A DNA stretch of 64,000 bases from the human T2T-CHM13v2.0 reference genome, Homo sapiens, in assembly GCF_009914755.1 (NCBI RefSeq), contig NC_060927.1. One strand, written 5' to 3'. The notes beneath the pieces are model-generated. The model was not told the origin of the DNA. It did no database searches and saw only the letters and a list, made by a program, of their open reading frames with translations. A program made the translations under genes and the position numbers. Shown piece after piece: positions 12,780-26,048 of this stretch (position 1 is its first letter; the number at the start of each line of letters is the position of its first letter).

Positions 12780-13435
12780 ACAGCACAAAACTAACTTTTT
12801 TATTTCATATCTTGATATATGCCCGTTTTTACCAACACTCTGCCTTTGGCTTACTTTTGAATAAAGGAGACCAGAAAGGAAAAGGAACTATAGGTTGCCT
12901 TATCTTTCTCTTTCCTTCTATGTCATCATTTTCAAACTAAGTGGTTACAGAGAAGTATTAACATAAGAAAAGACAGAGAAAGTTTCCTTGGTTGTTACCT
13001 TCTTTTTGCATTCAAATCAGGCTTTGGTTGGAATGGAAAGCGTGGCAAACCCCATTTTGGGGTTGTCAGTGTCCTCACTTAGTCATTGATGTGACATGCT
13101 TACCTCATACTCAATTTGAGTTTTGCAGAACTCCCACACATTGTGTGCCCACAGGGATTCTGTGCTTATGGGGCAACAAGAATGCTATGTGTGAGTGGAA
13201 CAAGTAAAGAATGGCAGCAGCTATGCATGTTATCTGTATTTCCTCTGTTCATGCACATGCTCCATTGTCCCATCAGCCTTCATTTACAAAACAAAAGTTC
13301 AAAGATAAAATTATTAGGAATTTCATTACGGTGACAACAGAGCATTAAATGAAGTGCCAGGCCTCAAGCACCAAGCCCTTCCCAGCATGGGTTGTATGCA
13401 GCTGTCCAGATCACATGCCCATGAAGCTGGCCATG
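12780..13435. mobile_element. Zaphod/MER115-like hAT-Tip100 fragment
   Basis: aagttcaaagataaaattattaggaatttc...acagagcattaaa...cccatgaagctggcc terminus. Confidence 0.7.
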
Positions 13436-14279
13436 GGGAAAAAACTTGATCCTTTATTGTGGTAGAAGCATAGGGCATGTTGGAGATGCAGTAGACATGC
13501 TGGCATGGCTGGTTATAGCAAGGAGTACATAACATAGCTAACATGTATTAGACATGTATTATGTTTTACGTACTGTCCTAAATATTTCATACATCTTTTA
13601 AAGTTTGCCAGAGGACCCTGTGAAACAGTATTATTATGTACTTCATTTTCCAGATGTTAAAAATTAGGAAGATCAAATAATCTGCTCAAGCTCAGGCCTG
13701 GGTACTGGGTGACAGAGGGTATACTCTTAACCAGCTCATCATGCTACCTGCATGCAACACAAGGAGTTATTGGATAGGCACATGAGGCTGGAAAAGGTGA
13801 GCATGTTCTGGCAGTCATGAGACATCTCTCTAGCCCTTCATTTAAGGAACTACTGTGCACCGGGACGATCAGAAGAGCCCTAAAGAAAACATGTTATGTC
13901 ATTGGCTAGAAAACTCCCTAATCACATTCTCTTACCTTGTTTTCCAACTACAGGTAGAAGATTCTGAGGCCCTGGGCGGGAACTAGTAAGCCACAATCTG
14001 GAAGAGTCTTTTACCACCATGTGGAGGAGAACTAGAGCACTCATGTTGAACTATTACCGAGAAAAGTAATCAACTTCTTTTGTGTTAAGTCACTGAAAGG
14101 CAAGTGTTGATTTGTTGCAGTAATTGGTGCTCCCTTAACACACCTGTCAGCCGGGCCAAACTCTATCACAGCATAAATAATCTTTTCCTTAAATAAATAC
14201 AGGTAAAAGAATAAAGTAGACCTAAATGCATTAATATGAATATAGGCTCAAAGCAAAATGTTGGGCTATAAATGTTCAG

Positions 14280-14716
14280 AGTGATAATTTTTTAAGTTGA
14301 TGTGTAATTTAGTACAGTAAAATAGATAAAACCTAAATGTTCAGTTCAATGAATTTTTACATGTTCATGCCCCTGTATAATCACCTCCCAGAACAACATA
14401 GAAAATACTTCATATAAATGGAATCATACAGTGTGTTTTCTCTTGTGTCTGGTTTCTTTCACTCAATGTTTTTGAGGTGAATCCACATTATTGTGTGGAT
14501 TAGAAAGTTGTTCTCTTAAAATTTCTGTTTGACATTACGTTATATGAATATGCCACAATTTGTTTATTCATTCTCCAATTGATGGACATTTGGGTTGTTT
14601 CCAATTTGGGACTATGACAAATGAAGCAGCTATGAACATTCTTGAACAATTATTTTTGTGGTACACGCACTCATATCTCCTGGGCATATGCATAGGAGTG
14701 AAATTGATGGTCATAT
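14280..14716 (-). mobile_element. Old L1M (L1MC/ME-type) 3' fragment
   Basis: gatggacatttgggttgtttccaatttggg...gctatgaacattcttg, typical antisense L1 3' end. Confidence 0.85.
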
Positions 14717-15679
14717 ATTTATCTGAGTTATTCTATTAAAGCTCAAAATGATCAATATTCAAAACTACCGTTGCCTTATGTAGCAATTACAAGCTCTGCC
14801 TGCAGCTGCAAATCATTTTTATGAACTAAGCTACATATTAAAGCCTATGTAAAAATGAAGATGCTGATAAATTAAAGTATATCAAGAAAAAGGTGAATGG
14901 CTGAAAGGAAGGTAAGAATACCAAAACATTTCCAGATTAAATCTTACTTTTCAGCTGTTTGAAAGATAGGTTTAAGACATGCTGAGTAATTGCTAATTGG
15001 ACTGTAATAACCTATGTTCACTGTGAGTGCACAGAAGTACAGTATATTGTTAAATTCTTTGTCAATCACAAAAGAAATCTAGTGGTTCAAGACACATCTT
15101 CCCAAAACATGCCAATTCAGTGTCCTTCCTTTTTGAGTTATGCTTATATGCATCAAAAATGGAAATGTAATTGTTAAATATTTGGGGAAAATATCCTTTT
15201 TTAAAGGAAGGGAATGAGGTAAATCTTACTCATTTTCATGGAATAAACTTTAATATATCTAGATATAACAACACATATAATAAAATGCTATGATTATGGG
15301 CTATTTTCAGATCCTTAAAATCCCTGAATGAGTCATATCTGAAGTGACAGTCATAACTTCAGATTTGCTTGCCTTTGTCAGTTATTTTAAATGAAATTCT
15401 CAATTTGAGGGCAAGATGGGTCTTAGTGACACCTCCTATTTTCATATATTATAGCTCTCTTTCACAAATAAACTTGCCTTATCCTGTTTACAAAGTATTG
15501 CGTAAAATGCTAGTCATAGCTCCTACAAACACAACTGTAGAACATATTTTGAACTTCTATAAATGATACATTTGAGGCAAACAAATCTACAGCTAGTACA
15601 AGAAAGGATTGAGTTTTCATTATGCAGATTTAGAACAAAACCCTGCAATGTAGTTCATGCCAGATAATGAATAACAATA

Positions 15680-15895
15680 ATTTGAGTTCCAGGTTTGCGT
15701 CCTTTCTAATCATGTGATTTGAGCATGTTACTTAGCTTCTCTAAGCCTCAGTTTCCACAACTGTAGAAATGAAGAAAACCATTGTACCTACCTGATAGGG
15801 ATGGTATGAGGAATCTGTGGTAATAGATGGATAATGCTACACACGGTGCCTGGCACACAGTAGGTGGCTCATTAATGTGATCCATCATTATTATT
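15680..15895 (+). mobile_element. MIR
   Basis: gttacttagcttctctaagcctcagtttcc...gtgcctggcacacagtagg. Confidence 0.85.
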
Positions 15896-18419
15896 TTGGA
15901 AAAATATAATTTATGGTATTTGAAAACACAAAAATGGCAAAGGCAAAATTTTTATCTTGAAAGATACTTTTTTCCTAAATCAATTATTCAATAAATATTT
16001 ACAAATATTTGTAACAATACAACTGCCTACTACCTGGGCAGACAATTCTAGGCTGTCGAGAGAGAAGAGTGGGCGAGAAAATAAAAATCTTTCACGTTGT
16101 GGTGCTTACTTATTGAACAGGATGCAAATTCTTTGAAAGAGAAGGAGCACTCCTATCTTTGGCAAGGATTGAGCACAAACCCAAACACATGGCTGAATTC
16201 AGACTTGCAGAAATAATGTCTCTGGAGACAGACTCTTTTGCCCGTCCATGAGTTCAAGCCCTTAACAGTGTTTTTTTGGAGGAAATAACTCAGTTCTTAG
16301 AGAGAACTTTTAGTGAATATTTTCCCTGTAGCATTTCCTAACCGCTACTAATCTCTTAAGTTTGAATGCCCTTCTCTAACATCCAGCTTCGAGAATGCCA
16401 GGAATATTTTTTTCTTCCAATACAGGAGAAACTATTGTAGAGTCATCTAGAGATTTCCAAATGTTGGATTTGGAGCCAATCTGATTTGAGCCATGCTCAT
16501 AATTGTGTGCCCTTGCCTTTGTCATTTCTTCCCTGGTTCTCCTGTACACATGCATAAATGCAAGGACCAAGTAATGCCTAAAATCTGTCTCAGCTCTTAC
16601 ATTCTAAAAGTCAGTGCAATTCTACCCCCATTAATGATCAGATAAAGATCTTTATTTTCTGGAGTGCTCCCTATTCCTTCTTAACAATATTTTTGTGTTC
16701 ATTATTAGCTAAATGAAGACACTTGGGAATGTATGGATTTAAGTTCCATTCCTAAAGGCAGCTTCTTTTGGGAAGGCAGAAAAGCAGCTTTTTTGTTTTT
16801 CTGATGATTTTAATGCATTTTTTATTAGGCAGGTAAGTCAAATGACAGGATGATTTTATTCATTAGTTTGGATAAACCACAGCTTGAATTTACCATCACT
16901 TTTGCTTTAATTAATTTAAATCAAAATTAATTTAATTTAAAGCAAAAGGTTGACCATCACTTTTGCTTTAATTAATGGCCAGAGGATCTGTAAATTCAGG
17001 TCATAAAATGTTCTTTGCTGGTATTTCTTTCAATGATTCCTACTCATTCTTATACCCATTCATGAAATTTGAAATATCATACATAATAAAGTATGATCCT
17101 TCATATAAAGACATTTGAGATTTCTGAAGGTGATGATGGACATTTTCTCTAGCTTACTTTTCTTTAACCCCTTTATCTATGACCATAAAAGAAATGATAT
17201 TGATTCACACTGTTGGATTGATTGACATGAACATGTCCCTGCCAGGAAGTGTCTCACTCTTATCATTTGTATGCCTCCTCCTGGATTCTTCCTCTAGGCC
17301 TCAATGTGGTATCTGAAAAAAGGCTCTGTGGCTGCTGAGGTTAGAGGAAACACAGGCAGTGAGAATTGATGTTGAGTCAGTCACATTATTGCCGTAAGAT
17401 CCATTAGCTAACTTCCTTGTGCCCCAGCTTTTTTTTTTTTTAACCTATAAAATGAAGAGATTCCCCCTTGCTAAGGAGATTAACTAAAATCATAGTTTTA
17501 AAATGTTCAGCAAATTGCCTGGATCTTGGGTGATCAGTAAAAATTAGTTTTCCTTTTCTTCTCACAAAGTTTCTTTTCCTTTACTTCTTTCTGAGTAAAG
17601 CCATGCAGTTTTATGATTGATGGCAAAAATAAAGTGCACCTAAGAGACAGGCAGAGACCTGAGACCAAATTTCCTCAAGAGAGGCAGTGATGGGAAGATT
17701 ATGAGCTTGTCTCCAATCCCCTGCTCCATGATTTACCACATACTTGCAAGAGCTTGGGAAAATCAGGTTGCCTATCCAAAGAAAGACCACGTGAAGAGAA
17801 ACAAAAAGAAATGTTTGCTGAGTGTTCATTTCTCTGAGTCTGTTTTCTCATCTGTAGTATGGGTAGATAGTTTCTGTCTTTCCTGCATGAGGAAATTATA
17901 TTATGAAGATCTAATGAGGTAAAGAATGTGAAAAACATCTCCCAAATGTAGACATTCTAAAAAACATAATCCATTTTTATCTGGGAAAACCCACAAATAC
18001 AAAAGGAGCGACATTGAAATAATGTGTCTTAACCTGAAAAATCACAGATCCTCCTACAAACCAGAAGCAAGACTGTGAATTTAAGTTACACCAGTTTTGG
18101 TGTCAGAATCGAAACCAGTAGACCTCAACAAGTGAAATGTGACAGATGAGCAGTTTCCTCTTATGAGTTTTGGCCACTAACTTAACCCAAATTCCTTAAT
18201 TCTCAAAGTTCCCTTTTAAGAAAAAAGAAAAAAAAACTGTTTCTAAATGTGAGTCAGGAAAATAATTCAGCTGAAAGCTGGACCCTGGACCCTAGTAGGT
18301 GCTATAAGCCATAACTCATGAAAGATAGTCACTCATAATTCATGCTGTAATGGGTGACAAGGACTATGGCTCGCTAACATAGCAATGGGTATTAAGAAAA
18401 CCAGTCCTTGCTATTCCTC

Positions 18420-19050
18420 CAGCACAAGTTCAATTCTGCCTCAGGACCTTTGCACACACTGTGCTCTCTACTGTAGCTGTCTTCCCAGGTTCTCACGTGG
18501 CTTCTCCCTCACTTCAGTGAGGTCTCTGATGATCAGAGAGGCCTTACCTTACCATTTTATCCAATAGAACAACCTCTTATCATTCTTTAGCCCACTGGTT
18601 ATCCAAACATGGTCCTCCCTCTAGCAGTATCAGCATCACCTGGGAATTTGTTTGAAATGAAAATTCTAATTCCCTACTTAAGAACACTGAATCAGAAACC
18701 TTGGGGGATGGGGCCTAGAAATCTGGATTTTAACAAATCTTCCATGTGATTCTGATGCAAGCTGAAGTTTAAGAACCACTACTTTAGCCCTTTACTCTGT
18801 TTTACTACACAGTCCTTATTACCAGCTGACATTATATTAGCTATTTGTTTCTTCTCAGATTTATTGTCCAGCTCTACTGCTGGAATACAAGCTCTGTATT
18901 GGAGCTTAATTATGAGAGGGTATGTAGAGTCACTATATTAAAGACTATATTAGAGGATAAAGACTTGTTCATTAAGGTATCCCTAACACTCTTCAAAATA
19001 GTACCTGGCATAATGGTGGCCCTCAAAAAGGATTTTGAGCTGAATTAATG
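18420..19050. mobile_element. L2 fragment interrupted by MER5A (18593-18781)
   Basis: cctcaggacctttgcac (L2); cagcatcacctgggaatttg...gaatcagaaac...tgattctgatgca...gagaaccact-like end (MER5A). Confidence 0.8.
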
Positions 19051-19618
19051 ATTTGCCACTGCAGCATTGATACAGCCCATCAGAAACAAAATATAATGCA
19101 GAACATGAGTATCGATGCAGCATCTAAATTTCTATCTAGGTGACAGGAACAGATGACCTAGAAGGCTTTCAGGGCAGAAATTCTATTTTTCATTTTACCA
19201 AATTTTACCAAGTTAGATTTGTTAAAGGTCCTGCAGTTTGCAAATGCTACACTTAGGGCCAGGACCCAAATCTCCAAGTTCTTGTACAGACCATTTACCA
19301 TTATATTCAGAGTAGGGTTTCAGCAATGACTATAATGTTAAGAGCATGATGCCAAGAGGTCATGACATCATGGAAAAATGATGTCACATACTGACAAGTT
19401 GGGGCTTACCTTCATTTGATGTCACAAACATAGGGAAAAACAGACTGTGGCCAAATTATACAGTGTATATGTGCATAGAACAATTGTGCAGGGTGTAGTC
19501 ATCTTATCACAGAAAAGGGAAGGACACATGCTTTGATAATCTCAGTACAGTTGAGAGTCAATACACCTTGAGTTGGTAGTTTGGGAAAGATGGGGCTTTA
19601 ACATATTTTCAGCAGTTT

Positions 19619-19622
<4 letters not shown>

Positions 19623-19654
<32 letters not shown>
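19623..19654. repeat. (TG)n microsatellite
   Basis: Read directly. Confidence 0.95.
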
Positions 19655-19657
<3 letters not shown>

Positions 19658-19889
19658 ATTTACTTTGTGGATTCTTATTATCTTTAATTTGCTAATTTGT
19701 TTTGCAAATCTCTAAGTTGAAAATGCTTTAGAATGCAGTGATTCCCAAGCTTTGGATCAGAAAGTCCCTTTTTATACCTTAAACATCCTTAGGAAACTAG
19801 TGAGTTCCACAGACACTGCTGAACTCACACAATTTATAGACATTTGACTTGCCTCCTTGAGAAAACAGGCAGTAATATGCTATCTGTGA

Positions 19890-20340
19890 CTGTTACCAGT
19901 TAGCTTTTGCTGCATAACAAAACCACTCCAAAAATTAGTAGCTTAAAATGGAAATCACTTGTTTTTCATGAATCTGTAAGTGAGCTAGACAGTTCATTAA
20001 TTTGAGATTGGAAAATCTATGGTCATCTCACTTACATGTCTGGTAGTTGGCAGACCGGTCAGCCTTGGGGGCCCTCAGCTGGAATAGATCAGCTTTTTTC
20101 CTCATTGTCTTTTATCTTCCAGCAGAGTAGTCAGGGATTCTTCACACAGTGGCCTCAGGGCCCAAATATCAGCAAGAGAGTGAGCTCTAAAGAAAATGTA
20201 CTATTCAAGTCTCTGCTTATGTCACATTTACTAAAGTTCTATTGGCTGAAGCAAGCCACATGTAGAATGTCCAGCTTCAAGAGAAGGAAAGATAGGCTCC
20301 ACCTCTTCAGGGAAAGATCTGCAACGTCATGTTGCTAGGA
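19890..20340. mobile_element. MLT1-family (ERVL-MaLR) LTR
   Basis: cagttagcttttgctgcataacaaaaccactccaaaa...ctattggctgaagcaagccaca...gctccacctctt. Confidence 0.7.
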
Positions 20341-20954
20341 TATGTTTAGAGGCAGAAGCCAAACATCTGGCTTGAGAAGTTTAAATGAGAGCAACCATAG
20401 GCCCCTTTTATTCCTCTCTTGGAATTGAGTAACATCTTCAAGGGGGTTCTCGACTGTCGCTGGTTCTTTGCTCAGCTTAAGGGATTCATCACTATACCAG
20501 GAATTTTTCTGTCTCAAGATTAGCCATAGTGCTTCAGAGATTGGTACAAAAAGCTAAGAGCAAAGGCCTCTGTGTATGTGGAGTTGTGAAGTGGTCTTGG
20601 AAAAATGATGTCACATACTGACAGATTGGGGCTTACCTTCATTTGATGTCACAAACATAGGGAAAAATAGACTGCGGCCAAATTATACAGTGCATATGTG
20701 CATAGAACAATTGTGCAGGGTGTAGTCACCTTATCACAGAAAAGGGAAGGACACATGTTTTGATAATCTCAGTACAGTTGACAGTCAATACACCTTGAGC
20801 GGGTAGCTTTTATCTCACCCACACAACGTTTATTGAGGGCAAAGTGTCAGATGCCAGGGTCTGAAAATGTCATGGTAAAGAAAGCAAAATTATCTCTTCC
20901 TTTGTGGGCCTTTGAGTCAAATGAGATAGAAATACAACTAAATGTATATCAAGA

Positions 20955-20994
20955 CAGCCTGGGCGACAGAGTGAGACTCTGTCTAAAAAAAAAA
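20955..20994 (+). mobile_element. Extremely 5'-truncated Alu (30 nt + A10) with 11-bp TSD
   Basis: cagcctgggcgacagagtgagactctgtct-A10 flanked by gtatatcaaga at 20944-20954 and 20995-21005. Confidence 0.9.
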
Positions 20995-21272
20995 GTATAT
21001 CAAGAGACATATAAAGATACATATGTACATATATAATATATATATATATATATATATAAATGGAGGAAAAAAGAAAGTGATAGATAAGGTAATGTATGAA
21101 GGTATTTAATTTACATGAAATAGTCATGGAAGGCCTCTCTGAGAAAGTAACATTTCAGTTAGGAGTCAAGGTATGAATAGAATATATTATTATATATTTG
21201 GTATATATATTAACAATATATCATTTATATATTGTCCATATATGTGATATATATTAATGATTAATATATGAT

Positions 21273-21452
21273 TATACATTATATATAATGTGTATATATA
21301 CACACATGTATACATATACATTATATATAATGTGTATATATACACACGTGTATACATATACATTATATATAATGTGTATATATACACACGTGTATACATA
21401 TACATTATATATAATGTGTATATATACACATGTGTATACATATACATTATAC
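21273..21452. repeat. 42-bp AT-rich minisatellite, about 4.3 copies
   Basis: Unit tatacattatatataatgtgtatatatacacacgtgtataca at 21273, 21315, 21357, 21399. Confidence 0.95.
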
Positions 21453-22185
21453 ATACACACATATATAAATACACACACAAACACACACACATACACACAC
21501 TTATATAAATGAAATAGAAACTGGGAGTAAATCAGAAAGGATAGACTAAAGCAACAGGTAACATGTAATTAAATCATGAGAGAATACACCAGAATGTGGC
21601 CTGAAAAAGAAGAGAACTAACATTCAAATCATTGTGAAAAATATAAAACCCTTTATCCTGAAGCCCCATCAATGTTTCCCCATTTTTTCCCTTTATCATA
21701 TTGCTGGATTTGAGTGAAACATAGTTTAGAAGAACATCTGCTTTAAATTATCATTCTGTTCTAGAGGCTGTGATCTCTAAGCCGAATAAAATGTGGAAGG
21801 ATTGCATAGACTCTGTCAAGTTAAAGATCACATTTAACCATTAGTTGATGCACTATTGGAAAAGGGGAGAACACATTTCATGGTGTTTGGTGATGCCACA
21901 TTCAGATTTTACAGTTTATTAAAGTTAGGAATAACAAATACAACAATGTTTAGAATGAACACATGGTCATGATTCACTGTAATGTAATAGTCCACCCATG
22001 TGTACTTCCTAATGACATGCGGAACACAAAGGAACAAAACGTTTCCTCTCTTCTTGTACCCTAGGTGGAGTTCCTCCTTTAGGGTTGCTTTATTTCCACC
22101 TTTGAAAAGGATCTTGATCCAGTGTGTAAAGTTCAGACTGCCTCCCTCATTTTCATTTGTATTTGTATTGAAAACAGTTGTAGGC

Positions 22186-22400
22186 CCAGGTTTCTCAGTC
22201 TTAGCACTATTGACATTCTGGGCTGGGTAATTCCTTATTGTGAGCACTGTGTTTTGCACTGCAGGAAGTTGAGCAGCACCCCTGGTCTCGACCCACTAGA
22301 TACCAGTAGAACACACTTCCCCTGACCCCCTCAGGTTGAGGCAACCAAAAATGTCTCCACAAATGTCCCCAGGGGCCAGAATCATCCCCAGTTGAGAACT
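22186..22400. mobile_element. MER20
   Basis: tttctcagtcttagcactattgacattctgggctgggtaattc...cccactagataccagtag...aaaatgtctcca. Confidence 0.85.
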
Positions 22401-24949
22401 TTCTGTTCTACCTTCCGCTGTCAGAAAATTTGAATTTTGTTGCTGCTGCTTAAATAATTTTCTAGATTAAGAATCTGCTGTCTGGCATGTTTTAGCACCT
22501 TATAGAGAATAGAGAAAAACATGGAGCTTATTAATAACATATGTTACTTAATACATTTCTATCCTAAAACAATTCAAATCAGAACCTTAATGTTTTCCTC
22601 AAAATAGATGAAAAGAAAAAAATTCTGAAGCATGACATTTCAAGTAATATATTTCTCACAAATTGCCCAATAGACAGAAATAAATGTACCAAAAATAAGG
22701 TTATTTTTACAAATATTGCTGCAAAGAAAAAAAAAGCACATTTACTAATTATGAATCATCTACAATTCTTATGTTGGCAGTTAGTCCCCAGAAATGTAGC
22801 AAAGGAAACTGATAATCTAGGAAACACACAGTACCCCTAGAATACATCTGAATATTTTATAGTATCACCTTGCTCCCTTATATGGAAGTCTCTGAATAGA
22901 GAGCCAGTGTATTTAAATTTGTAACTCTATACTTCTTCCTCCCTCACCCACATGATACTCTATTACTCAGTGGAAACATTGCAACATAAAACAATTCATC
23001 TTTTCAGAATACATCAGCACTTAAAATAGTGTGATCAGATTGAAAGGACTGTAAAAAGGTTCATTTTCTCAGGTTGGGGATGAGACAAAGTAATGCATAC
23101 TTACTACCACTGCCAACATCATAAAATCATGAGAGCAAAAAGGACCTAGTTTACCTACTGGAGGTTAGCTACGCAATGATGATAAATTAGCAGGGAGTTG
23201 TTAATGTGCCTACATGACCCATGACTAGTTAGCAAAATGTTTACTTCCGAAATAAAAGCCCAAGTCAGTGGAACATTTACAGGTCATTAGAAAAGATAAA
23301 TGAAAAACCTGTCTGACCCTAACCTGGACTTGACTACACACACCCATTGCCTATGGGAAATAAGCGCAAATCAGACAGCCTATCAAATAAAACTCATGTA
23401 TTGTTAAGAGGGTCCTCATTAATATGTTGCCACTCAGGGAAAGAAGATGTGGAATAATGAAGTAAAGTGAGATTTATTTTAGTTTCCTCCAAATTCCTTT
23501 CTATTTAAAACATTTTCCCATCTGTCATTAACAGCTATCACCTTGGCAATAGCAAATGAGAAAGCAGGGCTTATAGGGTATGTGTATATACATGAATACA
23601 AGGCAGTTGTCTTAATATTGTGCTTGCAACCATATTTAATTGAACAATGAATATATTCGAGCAGAATATACAGCATTATGTATTTCATCTTCTATTAATT
23701 TGTAGCAACCTTTTGGTAAGTCATCATTCAATAAAATAAATACAATTTTCTCTGAAATGTGAATGATAATTGAGTAGAAGATAGTTGAGTCTCTTATACC
23801 AACATATGAAAGCTCAGGAGGCCAAAGATTGAATCGTTTCATTCCTTTGGAACATAAATGTAAGAGAAAACACTCTCTGAGACTCTAGAGCCAAACTCCA
23901 AACAAGTGGTCCCTTATGTTCTCCATTGGTCTGCTTACTCTTGTTGCATTTATATTTCTTGTCAAGTCTAGTTATCTGGTTTCACAGACCCTTGTAGAGC
24001 TGAAAGAGCAATCTAAGAGCAGGTTGAAAGAAGACATACGAGAAAGGATAAAATTTGATTGAGCAGCAAGAGATGTGTTCTTGAAAATTAAGGTTAATTT
24101 GCTGTCATCCTGGCAGCAAAGACCACAAACTCTAAGGCAGTCACATACCTATTTTGGCTATTACACTACAGTATCATAACAGGTAATCAAGTGATCATAA
24201 CTATCAGAGAATCAGAGTTCTGGATTGTTTGGGCCCTCAAAGTCTCCTCTGGCTGTCCTTCACACCCTTTCTTTATTGTCTGTCAAGTGGTCTTGTCTAT
24301 GTTTTCATACCCCTGAGGAATGGGAATGGGTTATGTTCTGGCTCATCCAAATAACTGAGAAAGAATTAGACAAAGCCAAAGACAGAACTCTCTGGCACTC
24401 TACAAGCAATATCTACCCAGGTTGGCACCCATCCATTAATCAACTCAACACATTTTGGTATTGCCTGGTAAGCCTGGCTAGTCCAATATCTATGCCTATA
24501 TCATTTCTCCAATTTACCAATCTAGTAGTCATAACAATAAAAGAAATAAAGTTAGCTTTACCTACTTATTCTCAGGGAACTCGTGCTGACTTGTAAGTTT
24601 CACTACTATCTCTTCTCAGGATCTATGACTGTCCCTTCAGGAACACAGTCCGGAAATACTGCTCAGGTTAATAAGTTCATAAGTCAAAAGGCCATGCTTA
24701 TTTATCCCTTCTGAAACCAAGAGGAATTATTTGATAACTTCAGTCAAAAGAAAAGCTAAGTGGTATTTAAGAGCCCCTTGTTCACATATATAAGAATAAA
24801 AATGATACATTTTAGAAAAGTTTTCATCAAAAAGGAATTAAAATGAAAGTGTCGCATCTGAGGCAACCTTCACTTGTGTGGAAAATTTACTTACCAAAGA
24901 TTCATCATCACTTAATAATCATGCCAGTTATAGGAAGTAATTCTGTAGA

Positions 24950-25141
24950 TTGTTGGTTCTCAAAATGTGGTCCCCAGACCAGCAGCGTCATATCACCTGA
25001 GAGCCTGTTAAAAATGCAGACTCTTAGACCCCACCGAAGATCTACTTACAGAATCAGTATCTCTGAGGATGAGGCCCAGCAATCAGTGTTAATAAACCAT
25101 CCAGTTGATTCTGGGGCACACTGGAGTTTGAGAACCACTGT
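24950..25141. mobile_element. MER5A (further copies at ~26140-26305, 33447-33590, 57370-57532, ~63640-63790)
   Basis: ggttctcaaaatgtggtccccagaccagcagc...tgattctg...agtttgagaaccactg. Confidence 0.85.
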
Positions 25142-25741
25142 TGTCAAAGCTAAAATAGAATTAAGATTATAATGGTTAGCCTTCGAGCATTCCTAATGTA
25201 ATGTTAATGGTGATGACGATGATGATAATTTTAATAGACAACATTATCTGGCCACTTACCTGTGCATGTAAGCCTTGTGCTAAGTACTTTAGGCCCTATA
25301 TCACTTGTCAGTAGAGTCCAACAAAGTACTGCTATTCCCATTTTATAGATGAGATAATGAAATTGACAAAAATTAAGAAATTTGCCCAAGGTCAGCCATT
25401 ACGTTGCAGAGTTGAGATAACCGTCCAGGTATAGTTGATTACATACACACGCCCCTCCACCCCTCACACACGTACGCACACCCTCATTCTTCACTACGAT
25501 GCCATGCTGCCTTCTAGAATCAAGAAAAAAAAAAAACTTTCCCAACTTAAAATGCCTCTGTCCTGAGGACCTCATCAGGAATCATCCCCCATTGTCCACC
25601 TTCTCAGCAGCCAATTATCTGACCCTTCAGATGAGTCCTGACCTTCTCTTCCAATCTCTTGGGGCTCTAGAGACAAAATTCCCATGTTAATATGAGATTA
25701 ATTTTTCTCAAAAGTGAACCTGAATTTTTCATTCTTTCTTT

Positions 25742-26048
<307 letters not shown>

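Larger units (their letters stand above)
8500..14430 (+). ncRNA. THRB-AS1: THRB-AS1 antisense lncRNA; candidate exons ~8500-8910, 11086-11240, 13954-~14230
   Basis: Plus-strand signals: donor CAG|GTAATC at 8910; acceptor ttctcctttgcag| at 11085 with donor CAG|GTAGGC at 11240; acceptor ttgttttccaactacag| at 13953; AATAAA at 14192 and 14210. Existence and rough extent recalled; exon boundaries inferred. Confidence 0.55.
19371..20809 (+). repeat. Local direct duplication of 212 bp (19371-19582 and 20598-20809)
   Basis: Manual alignment: ungapped, 11 mismatches in 212 nt (about 95%). Confidence 0.95.

Noticed and set aside
21190-21512. Repetitive Tyr/Ile/Val-rich ORFs, or a CRISPR-like array
   Set aside because: Translation of a 42-bp tandem minisatellite with no unique spacers; eukaryotic DNA with no cas genes
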